From Candidatus Falkowbacteria bacterium (GTDB lineage: Bacteria; Patescibacteriota; Patescibacteriia; CAIXNZ01), in NCBI GenBank assembly GCA_016927685.1, contig JAFGMD010000021.1:21913-85912 (forward strand): a stretch of DNA of 64,000 bases. The letters are read 5' to 3'. The position numbers and the translations under genes are program-made. Below the pieces are notes generated by a model. It had not been told where the DNA came from. It did no database searches and worked only from the letters and a program-made list of their open reading frames with translations. Below are positions 56,203 through 64,000 of the stretch, one piece after another (the first letter of the stretch is position 1; each line of letters opens with the position of its first letter).

Positions 56203-56245
56203 AGCCCCGCTTTCACTGATCATGATTGCGGGGCATTTTTTATTT
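56203..56245 (+). terminator. second plus-strand intrinsic terminator, ending a possible ~100-nt transcript that starts after the ttgaca at 56112
   Basis: ccccgc-TTTCACTGATCATGATT-gcgggg + cattttttattt. Confidence 0.4.
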
Positions 56246-56290
56246 AAAAATTAAAAAAGAAACGGATTTACCGCTTCTTTTTTGTTTTAT

Positions 56291-58912
56291 TTATTTAAAA
56301 ACTACTTTATCTTTTATAACATCCACTCTAACCTTTTGCCCTTCTTTTATCTTGCCTTCAATAATTTGCAAGGCTAAATCATCAAGAATTTGATTTTGAA
56401 TCACGCGCTTGAGCGGGCGAGCGCCAAATTGGGGATCAAAACCCTTATTAGCCAAATATTCTTTAAGCGCTTCTGTAAAATCAACTTTAATTTTTTTATC
56501 CAATAATCTTTTTCTGACAATTTCCAACTGCAATTCAATAATTTTTTCGATTTCTTTTTTTGCCAGAGGATGAAAAATAATTATTTCATCCAAACGATTA
56601 ATAAATTCCGGCTTGAAATGCGACTTTAAAGCTTCATTAACTCGTTCTTTCATTTTCTCCTCATCAACTTTTTCATTTGTTCTGACTGACTTATCTTCAA
56701 AACCAAGAGTAACTTCTTTTAAAAGCTGATTGCCTAAATTAGAAGTCATAATTATAATAGCATTTTTAAAATTTACTATTCGGCCCTTGGCATCAGTCAA
56801 ACGGCCATCATCAAGTAACTGCAACAGAATATTAAAAACCTCTGGATGAGCTTTTTCAATTTCATCAAATAAAACCACAGAATATGGACGTCTACGAATC
56901 TGTTCAGTTAATTGTCCGCCTTCATCATAGCCAATATAACCGGGAGGGGAGCCAATAAACTTGGAAATAGAATGTTTCTCCATATATTCTGACATATCCA
57001 CGCGAATCATGGCATCTTCATCACTAAACATAAATTCTGCCAAGGCCTTGGCTAATTCAGTTTTGCCTACGCCGGTTGGGCCCAAGAAGATAAATGAGCC
57101 AATTGGCTTATTTTCCTCGCCAACGCCTGCGCGTGAGCGTCTAATAGCGTTTGCCACGGCTGAAATGGCCTCTTCCTGGCCAATTACGCGCTTTTTTAAC
57201 TCATCTTCAGCGTGAGCAAGCTTAGCCATTTCTGATTGCAGCATTTTGGAAACAGGAATGCCTGTCCAGCGAGAAACAACTGCCGCTATATCTTCCTCAG
57301 TTACTTCTTCTTTTAATATTTTATTTTCTTTTTGAATGAGGGCTAATTTTTTTTCTAAAGACTTGATGTCTTTTTCCAAAGCCGGAATCGTGCCATAGCG
57401 AATTTCTGCAACTTTTTGCAATTCTGATTTTCTTTCCAAAATATCTGCTTCTTGTTTTAGAGAATCAATTTTCTTTTTAGCCTCGCGGATTTTTGTAATA
57501 ATTTCCTTTTCATTTTTCCAGTGTAATTCCAATTGGTTTGATTTTTCTTTCAAATCATTCAGTTCCTTATTTAGATTTTTCAAATTTTCTTTGGCCTCTT
57601 TTTCTGATTCATTTTTTAGCGCGGCTTTTTCGATTTCCAACTGTTTAATTTTTCTTTTCATTTTGTCCAAATCTTCGGGCATAGAATCAATTTCCATGCG
57701 CAAGGCCGATGTTGCTTCGTCAATCAAATCAACTGCCTTATCAGGCAAAAAACGATCGGTGATATAGCGCTGTGAAAATTCAGCTGCTGCAGTAATTGCT
57801 GAATCAGTAATTCTCACACCGTGATGAACTTCATATTTTTCTTTAATGCCACGCAAAATGGCAATCGTATCTTCAATTGACGGCTCTAAAACCATAACCG
57901 GTTGAAATCTGCGTTCTAGGGCCGGATCTTTTTCAATATGTTTTTGATATTCTTTCAGGGTTGTTGCGCCAATGGCATGCAATTTACCGCGAGCCAAAGC
58001 AGGCTTTAACATATTAGAAGCATCCATCGAGCCTTCGATAGCGCCGGCGCCCACTACAGTATGCAATTCATCTATAAATAAAATAATCTGGCCATTGGAA
58101 TTTTCTACTTCTTTTAAAACAGCTTTTAATCTATCTTCAAATTCACCACGAAATTTTGTACCTGCTATCAAAGATCCCAAATCCAAAGCAATCACTTCTT
58201 TATTTTTTAAAGTTTCCGGCACATCACCGGCTACAATTCTTTGTGCCAGGCCTTCGGCAATAGCAGTTTTGCCAACACCTGCTTCGCCGATTAAAACCGG
58301 GTTATTTTTTGTCCTGCGAGAAAGTACTTGCATAACACGTCTAATTTCAGAATCACGGCCAATAACGGGGTCTAATTTTTCCTGTCTGGCCATCTCAGTT
58401 AAATTTTGCGCGTATTTTTCTAAAACCTGAAATTTTGATTCTGGCTCGGGATCAGTTATTCTGGTTGAACCGCGTAATTGCGCTAAGAGCTTTAAAACCT
58501 CGTCATATTTAATTTCAAAACTTTCCAAAAGCGTTTTAACTTTGGATTTAGTATTGAGCATGGAGAGAAATAAATGCTCTGTAGAAATATATTCATCCTT
58601 GAGATCTTTAGCTTCTTTTTCACTTCCAGCTAAAATGCGCGCCAAATCTTCAGTTAAAAACATCTGGGTTAAATTAACTTCAACCTTGCTTTTAGGCATT
58701 GATTCAATGGCACGCGAAATTTCTTTTTTTAAATTTGCCGCTTCTACTTCCAGCTTTTTTATAATAGTCAAAACCAAGCTGTCTTCTTGAAGTAATAGAG
58801 CAGCGAGTAAATGCAGAGCATCAACTTGCTGATTATGATTGTCAACAGCTATTTCTTGCGCGTGGCGCAAAGCCTCCTGCGATTTTGTAGTAAATTTGTT
58901 TATATTAAACAT
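56291..58912 (-). CDS. clpB: ATP-dependent chaperone ClpB
   Basis: Two AAA+ modules ([15 protein letters not shown]; [15 protein letters not shown]), a long middle coiled-coil domain, and 873 aa. Confidence 0.9.
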   Translation of the reverse strand: MFNINKFTTKSQEALRHAQEIAVDNHNQQVDALHLLAALLLQEDSLVLTIIKKLEVEAANLKKEISRAIESMPKSKVEVNLTQMFLTEDLARILAGSEKEAKDLKDEYISTEHLFLSMLNTKSKVKTLLESFEIKYDEVLKLLAQLRGSTRITDPEPESKFQVLEKYAQNLTEMARQEKLDPVIGRDSEIRRVMQVLSRRTKNNPVLIGEAGVGKTAIAEGLAQRIVAGDVPETLKNKEVIALDLGSLIAGTKFRGEFEDRLKAVLKEVENSNGQIILFIDELHTVVGAGAIEGSMDASNMLKPALARGKLHAIGATTLKEYQKHIEKDPALERRFQPVMVLEPSIEDTIAILRGIKEKYEVHHGVRITDSAITAAAEFSQRYITDRFLPDKAVDLIDEATSALRMEIDSMPEDLDKMKRKIKQLEIEKAALKNESEKEAKENLKNLNKELNDLKEKSNQLELHWKNEKEIITKIREAKKKIDSLKQEADILERKSELQKVAEIRYGTIPALEKDIKSLEKKLALIQKENKILKEEVTEEDIAAVVSRWTGIPVSKMLQSEMAKLAHAEDELKKRVIGQEEAISAVANAIRRSRAGVGEENKPIGSFIFLGPTGVGKTELAKALAEFMFSDEDAMIRVDMSEYMEKHSISKFIGSPPGYIGYDEGGQLTEQIRRRPYSVVLFDEIEKAHPEVFNILLQLLDDGRLTDAKGRIVNFKNAIIIMTSNLGNQLLKEVTLGFEDKSVRTNEKVDEEKMKERVNEALKSHFKPEFINRLDEIIIFHPLAKKEIEKIIELQLEIVRKRLLDKKIKVDFTEALKEYLANKGFDPQFGARPLKRVIQNQILDDLALQIIEGKIKEGQKVRVDVIKDKVVFK

Positions 58913-59068
58913 AGTATTAAGATTGTAAAATAATTAGCACTCTCACTTTACGAGTGCTAATACTAGTATAAAAAAACAAATGCATATTGTCAAGTAATTG
59001 AGTTGACAAAATTTAATATAGTGTTAAGTTTAATTTGTACCTTAAAATCAAATAAAAAGGAGGTTGTT

Positions 59069-60148
59069 ATGGAGTACGGATTTCGCGGTGTTAAAATTTT
59101 TGCATTGGAAGGGTCTGATCTCCTGGCTAATAAGGTTTGCCAGGAGCTAAACAACAAACTGCCTGATTCAATGAAGCCAGATGATGGTCTTAAGCTGATA
59201 AAGGTTGTGCTTGATGATTTTGACAACGAAAATGTCCAGGTGCAGATTGAAAAAGTTCGGGGCTACTTCACGGTCGTTATTCACACCCAATGCCCGCCAG
59301 TAAATACTCGGCTGATGGAATTATTCGCCTTGCTGGACGCTATTTACAATTCTAATCCGGCTGATTTGCTTCTGGCCTTTCCTTACATGCCTTATGCGCG
59401 TTCAGACCGCAAGGACCAGCCCAGGATTTCTGTCATGAGCAAGGTCCTGGCAGAAACATTCAATAATGTGCTGGGCGTCAGACGAGTTTTGTTGCTTGAC
59501 CCACATGACTCTCATGTTAAGCATTATTTCAAGCCTTCGGCTGATGAAATCTCTTCAATTTATATGTATGCTGATTTTCTGCTCTATTGGATTGAAGAAA
59601 ACTTGGGCGGCAAAAAAGACGATGTCCTTATTGCTTTTTCAGACGGCGGAGCAGCCAAGCGCTTTCACAAATTGCCAAAAATTACTGGCTTACGTCACGA
59701 CTACATTGACAAGATAAGACTTGACAATAAGGGAACTATTAAAATTGAAAGAGACATTGATTGTCAGGGAAAAACCTGCTTTATGGTTGACGATGAACTT
59801 TGCTCAGGCGGAACAGCCATTGAAGATGCCAAAGCCTTGAACAAAAACCGAGCAGCTAAAATTATTATGCTTGCTCCTCATGCGCCGTTGTCCAAAAAAC
59901 GCATGGAGTCCAGGGATCTGATTGCCCGTTTGAATGATTCGCCAATTGATCATTTTTTGTTCACTGACACGATACCGAGTGATGACAAAATTCAGGGAGA
60001 AAAAAAATTTCACATCTTATCAGTTGCTGGTCTTTTAGCTGAAGCCATTGCCCAAACCATTGCCAATGATTCAGTTACTAAGCTCCATGAGCCTGACAAT
60101 GTCCAACTCTACCGTCCAGATTACTCCAAACTAATACTGCCTCTTTAA
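59069..60148 (+). CDS. prs: ribose-phosphate pyrophosphokinase (PRPP synthetase)
   Basis: The PRPP-binding and flexible-loop motifs are FPYMPYARSDRK and FMVDDELCSGGT. The start was moved to ATG 59069 (RBS aaaggagg); the track ORF begins at 59003. Confidence 0.8.
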   Translation: MEYGFRGVKIFALEGSDLLANKVCQELNNKLPDSMKPDDGLKLIKVVLDDFDNENVQVQIEKVRGYFTVVIHTQCPPVNTRLMELFALLDAIYNSNPADLLLAFPYMPYARSDRKDQPRISVMSKVLAETFNNVLGVRRVLLLDPHDSHVKHYFKPSADEISSIYMYADFLLYWIEENLGGKKDDVLIAFSDGGAAKRFHKLPKITGLRHDYIDKIRLDNKGTIKIERDIDCQGKTCFMVDDELCSGGTAIEDAKALNKNRAAKIIMLAPHAPLSKKRMESRDLIARLNDSPIDHFLFTDTIPSDDKIQGEKKFHILSVAGLLAEAIAQTIANDSVTKLHEPDNVQLYRPDYSKLILPL

Positions 60149-60199
60149 TTAAAACAAGCCCTTCTTATAAAAGAAGGGCTTTTTTATTTTCAAAAGTAT

Positions 60200-61222
60200 T
60201 TATTTTAGTACCAAGTCTATTTTTTCACTGCATTTTGGGCATTTACCATCTCTATCAAAGCGTTTTATATCATAACCTTTACGCTCAATTACTAATTCGT
60301 TACAATTTGGGCAATAAGTATTCTCCAATTTTTCGCCTAAAACATTACCGCCATAGACATATTTCAAGCCAGCTTCTTTACCTAATTGCACCGCAGTATA
60401 GATTCGCTCCTCCTCTGTGGGGTCAGTATCTTGTAACTTATATTGTGGATAAAAACGAGAGAGATGCCAAGGTACGCATTTGCCCAATTCATTTTTTATA
60501 AACATAGCAATTTGTAAAAGTTCGTCATCGGAATCATTAAATCCTGGAATAACCAAGGTCGTAATTTCCAGCCAAATCTTTTTTTTCTTTAAAACTTTTA
60601 AATTATCCAAAACGGGTTGAAGTTTACAACCGCAAACTTTTAAATAGGTTTCATTTTTAAAAAATTTTAAATCAACATTAATGGCATCCAGATAGGGAAG
60701 TATCTTTGGCCAAGCTTCTTTAGACGTATAACCATTGGAAACCCAAACATTTCTTAATCCTGCTTTTCTAGCCAGCTTCATGCAGTCAATGGCAAACTCG
60801 GCAAAAATTGTTGGCTCAGTATAAGTATAGGCAATTGACTGGCAACCAGATGCTTTTGCCCGCTCAATAACTTGTTCTGGGGTGGTATTATGACCAGGCA
60901 CAACATTTTCTTTAAATTGTTCCTCGATAGGGTATTGGGAAATATCAGCATTTTGGCAATGCATACATCGCAAATTACAGCCCACTGTGGCAATTGAATA
61001 AGTCAAACTTCCGGGCAGAAAGTGGAAAAGCGGTTTTTTCTCAATGGGATCATTATCATTTTCAGAAATCAGTTTACCATAAACCAATGAATGCAATTCG
61101 CCATTTATGTTTTTTCTGACAGCGCAAACACCGACTTTGCCTTCTGAAATTAAGCAGTAGTGATTGCAAAGCTGGCATTGGATTTTATTATCTTTTTTTG
61201 TCCAAAATTGAGCGAGTTTCAT
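60200..61222 (-). CDS. AmmeMemoRadiSam system radical SAM enzyme
   Basis: MKLAQFWTKKDNKIQCQLCNHYCLISEGKVGVCAVRKNINGELHSLVYGKLISENDNDPIEKKPLFHFLPGS...ATVGCNLRCMHCQN closely follows the family N-terminal pattern as I remember it, with CxxxCxxC (CNLRCMHC). Confidence 0.8.
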   Translation of the reverse strand: MKLAQFWTKKDNKIQCQLCNHYCLISEGKVGVCAVRKNINGELHSLVYGKLISENDNDPIEKKPLFHFLPGSLTYSIATVGCNLRCMHCQNADISQYPIEEQFKENVVPGHNTTPEQVIERAKASGCQSIAYTYTEPTIFAEFAIDCMKLARKAGLRNVWVSNGYTSKEAWPKILPYLDAINVDLKFFKNETYLKVCGCKLQPVLDNLKVLKKKKIWLEITTLVIPGFNDSDDELLQIAMFIKNELGKCVPWHLSRFYPQYKLQDTDPTEEERIYTAVQLGKEAGLKYVYGGNVLGEKLENTYCPNCNELVIERKGYDIKRFDRDGKCPKCSEKIDLVLK

Positions 61223-61321
61223 GCCTTTATTATAACATAAATTGTTTGACTTTTGTGGTAATTTTTGTTAATCTTCTGAATTAGAAAGATGAACCTTAAA
61301 AATTTAAAAAAGGAGGAAATA

Positions 61322-62707
61322 ATGAAGCTATTTGAAATTCTGAAAAATATCAAACATTATATCAGAGTCAAAGAGCCACAACATCGCCTAAGAAAAGGTC
61401 AGCACAACATTTTCATGTCTTTATATGAATTTTTGAAAAAGGGCATGACAATGGGTTATCTTATGCTGCCTAGCGGTGTCGGCAAAACCAATATTGCTAT
61501 TGAATTAGCAATAGCCGGTGACTTTAAAAAGGTATTATTTTTAGTGCCAACTGTCACGCTCGTTGATCAAACCAAGGAGCGATTCAGGAAATTTTCAAGT
61601 TTCACGGTTGATGTATTTACTGGGGCTCGCAAAAATATGTCCGAACAAATTACTGTTGCCACTTATCAATCGATACAAAGGCGGCATTTGCTGCCAGAGA
61701 AATTTGACCTTGTCATCTTTGATGAGGTGCATGAAGCTTTAAGTCCAGGCCGCCAAAACATCAGAAAACATTTTGGGCCAGAGACTATTCAAATCGGTTT
61801 AACTGCCTCTGATACTTATAACGAAACAAAGCAAGTTTCAAGTTATTTTCCGCTTATTGCTAAAATGACAATTGAAGAAGCGATTAAGCTTGGTATGCTT
61901 TGTCATGTTCAAAATTGGCTTGCGCAAACAAATATTGATATTTCGAAAATAACCAGACGTAGAGGTGACTATGATGTAAGGGAGCAGAAGCGCTATATTG
62001 ATGTATCTCGACGCAATAAGGCAGCGCTTGATATTTATAAGCGCTTCTTAAACGGTCAGACATGTTTAATAACATGTATAAATGTTAATCATGCTATAAA
62101 AGTTGCTCGGATATTTCAACGCTCTGGCATACCGAGTAAGGCAGTCTGGGGATCAACCCAAAAACATCTATTATCAAGAGCGGATTTAAGACAGCGATTG
62201 AGCGATTTTAAAACGGGTAAAATCAAAGTATTGACCACAGTCGATCTCGTTGATAAGGGGTTTGATAACACTCTTATCACTGCTTTGATTAATTTGCGTA
62301 TAACCAGTTCTGTTGTTAAGGCAACCCAGCGCGGAGGACGAGTTCTGCGACTTTTTAGTGAGGATGACAGAATACAGCCAATCGCCCAAAAAATGCTAAA
62401 AAAATTTCATGTCAAACTTGCTACTGTCGTTGATTTTCTTGATGAGTGTAAAAATCACACTTTCAGGCCAGTTCTTTTCAGTGATATTTTGGCACAAACC
62501 TACCGTTTACCAACGGAAATAGAACGTTCTATCAGTAATGGAACGCGAAAGGGAGAAGTTGATCTGTGGCCATCAGGTGGCCCAATCAAGATTAAATTAA
62601 TCACAAACGTAACTCAAATAGCCAAAATTACATCTAAATTAACCACTTATGTGAATTTACCAGTATCCGATGAGAGGGAAATTTTTTTCCTCCCAGTAAA
62701 ACGTTAA
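61322..62707 (+). CDS. SF2 helicase (DEAD/DEAH-box, ResIII-like N-terminal domain + helicase C domain)
   Basis: Motif I LPSGVGKT, motif II FDEVHE, motif III TAS, motif VI QRGGRVLR. The likely start is ATG 61322 (RBS aggagg), and an intrinsic terminator follows at 62717-62747. Confidence 0.65.
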   Translation: MKLFEILKNIKHYIRVKEPQHRLRKGQHNIFMSLYEFLKKGMTMGYLMLPSGVGKTNIAIELAIAGDFKKVLFLVPTVTLVDQTKERFRKFSSFTVDVFTGARKNMSEQITVATYQSIQRRHLLPEKFDLVIFDEVHEALSPGRQNIRKHFGPETIQIGLTASDTYNETKQVSSYFPLIAKMTIEEAIKLGMLCHVQNWLAQTNIDISKITRRRGDYDVREQKRYIDVSRRNKAALDIYKRFLNGQTCLITCINVNHAIKVARIFQRSGIPSKAVWGSTQKHLLSRADLRQRLSDFKTGKIKVLTTVDLVDKGFDNTLITALINLRITSSVVKATQRGGRVLRLFSEDDRIQPIAQKMLKKFHVKLATVVDFLDECKNHTFRPVLFSDILAQTYRLPTEIERSISNGTRKGEVDLWPSGGPIKIKLITNVTQIAKITSKLTTYVNLPVSDEREIFFLPVKR

Positions 62708-62817
62708 TTATTTTTAAAACCCGACAATATTATTGCCGGGTTTTTTATTGACTTTTTTTATTATTAATGTTAATCTTCATTGTTGAACTTTGACAAAATA
62801 ATAGAAAGGAGGCAGAA

Positions 62818-64000
62818 ATGAATCTTAATGAATTAGTAAAAAAATACGGCCTCCTTCAAGATGAAGAGGGGCGGTATTATGTGATCGATGAAGGCATTAA
62901 AAAAGAACCATACTGTCCTATTAAATTATTAACTAAAGTTCTAGGGCTGAGTATCAGCGCAATAAAAAAAAGAATTTTAAACTTAACTCCGTTCGCTGGT
63001 AGAATTTACAAGGGACGCGCTACAAATTTTTTTAATCTTAATGACGTTAAGAAACTATGCTCTGATTTATCGGAAAATAGTGACCTGCTATTAGTGAATG
63101 AAGGTGATTGGATATTGAAAGGTGGCAAAAAATATGCATCTATCCGCGTGATATCAAAGAAAATAAGATTATCGCAAACAGCAATAAAATCGCGCATTAA
63201 GAACTTAGAACCGGTTAAAAGCAAAAAACGTGGACATATCATAAATATTTACAGACTTGATCAAGTTAGGCAGGCCTGTTCAGATCTCCTCGATAGAAAT
63301 CTGCTGATAGTAAATAATAATGGTTGGGCAATTAAAAATGGACAGAAATATGCCACCGCCCTTACTATTGCTCAAAAATTAAAAATATCTGACGCTACTG
63401 TAAGAAAATATGCAGAAAATATGCCTAAAGTCAGGGGAAGAGATAAATGTGGACGAGTTGCAGATCTTTTCAATTTTGAAAAAATAAAAGCTGCTTGTGA
63501 TAACTTAATTACTTGTGAGCTTTTAGCCGATAATGACGGCTGGGCTGAAAAAGATGGACAAAAATATGCTCCTATTAGTGTTATTGCTAAAGAATTAGAC
63601 CTTTCTCATGATACAATGAAAAAATATATAAAGAGATTAACTCCTCTTCATGGCCGTCTCCCTAGAAAAATGGTTACTGATTTTTATAACTTTGAGGAGT
63701 CTAAAAAGGCCTGCTCGGATTTTATTAATGAAGACATTCTATTTCTGGACAAAAAAGGCTGGGCAATTAAAAACGGACAGAAATATGCTTCTATAAAAGC
63801 AATTGCAAAGGAATTGGGTCTATCTCATAGTGCAATAGCATTACGTATAAAAAGTTTAACACCTACTAGGGGTATAAATTTAAAGGGTAGGCTTGTGAAA
63901 GTATTCAACTTTAATCAAGTCGAAAATTCTTGTGCCGATCTTCTCGATGCAAACCTGCTAATTACTGATAAACATGGCTGGGCTGAAAAAGATGGACAAA
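62818..64000 (+). CDS. tandem-repeat protein (at least 5 diverged ~72-aa repeats, each with an HTH-like module), 3'-truncated by the window edge
   Basis: RBS aaaggagg + ATG 62818. It is absent from the ORF track because no stop codon is reached. Manual translation shows in-frame repeats with period 213-216 nt: ...GW(A/E)IKNGQKYA.I..IAKEL.LSH..I..RIK.L.P..G......F.NF..V...C.DLL..NLL.... Confidence 0.6.
   Translation, partial: MNLNELVKKYGLLQDEEGRYYVIDEGIKKEPYCPIKLLTKVLGLSISAIKKRILNLTPFAGRIYKGRATNFFNLNDVKKLCSDLSENSDLLLVNEGDWILKGGKKYASIRVISKKIRLSQTAIKSRIKNLEPVKSKKRGHIINIYRLDQVRQACSDLLDRNLLIVNNNGWAIKNGQKYATALTIAQKLKISDATVRKYAENMPKVRGRDKCGRVADLFNFEKIKAACDNLITCELLADNDGWAEKDGQKYAPISVIAKELDLSHDTMKKYIKRLTPLHGRLPRKMVTDFYNFEESKKACSDFINEDILFLDKKGWAIKNGQKYASIKAIAKELGLSHSAIALRIKSLTPTRGINLKGRLVKVFNFNQVENSCADLLDANLLITDKHGWAEKDGQ

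Noticed and set aside
63006-63242. 78-aa minus-strand ORF
   Set aside because: It lies antisense within the long repeat-protein frame, which has an RBS, periodic repeats and no stops for 1.18 kb. It is spurious.
1-64000. CRISPR arrays, rRNA genes, additional tRNAs
   Set aside because: No regularly spaced direct repeats of 24-48 bp with unique spacers were seen, and there are no rRNA-like conserved stretches. Intergenic regions were inspected for tRNA cloverleaf signatures (GTTCGAATCC-type T-loops) and only tRNA-Asn was found.

Overview
This is a low-GC (about 30-35%) bacterial segment, probably Patescibacteria/CPR. The lineage call is an inference from gene content: compact genes, a short AlaRS, RpoA without an alpha-CTD and many small hypothetical proteins. 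The housekeeping backbone includes rlmN, tspO, dnaG, rpoD, mnmA, alaS, a ribosomal operon (infA-rpmJ-rpsM-rpsK-rpsD-rpoA-rplQ, then rplM-rpsI), dinB, fmt-def, priA, clpB and prs. There is a cell-envelope glycan cluster (Wzx-like flippase, GT4/GT2 glycosyltransferases, a Wzy/O-antigen-ligase-like protein) and several secreted or cell-wall proteins. Between these lie accessory and mobile features. (1) tRNA-Asn(GTT), whose 3' half overlaps the 3' end of a large serine recombinase gene, is followed by about 6 kb of phage/plasmid-like cargo (SpoVG-like, DUF5659-like, a superinfection-immunity protein, palindromic sites). (2) Two small GIY-YIG (COG2827-type) nuclease genes: one sits beside the tRNA and is flanked by a 17-nt duplication of the tRNA 5' end. 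The other lies exactly between the two arms of a terminal-inverted-repeat element, and an 84-bp internally deleted (MITE-like) copy of that element is inserted in-frame in the Wzy-like gene. (3) A tandem segmental duplication produces paralogous Cse60-like small genes and a chimeric glycosyltransferase fragment. (4) Several GC-rich blocks (thrC-like, GGDEF, the 23.3-27.2 kb block, a 43.5-44.2 kb non-coding block) are likely horizontal acquisitions. (5) A promoter-to-terminator GC-rich unit of about 360 nt downstream of clpB (minus strand) is a candidate structured ncRNA I could not classify. (6) The window ends in an unterminated ORF of diverged ~215-bp tandem repeats, each encoding an HTH-like module, next to an SF2 helicase. 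The three AmmeMemoRadiSam components are present but split (AMMECR1 + Memo adjacent, the radical-SAM partner 6 kb away). No rRNA or CRISPR array was seen; only one tRNA was found.
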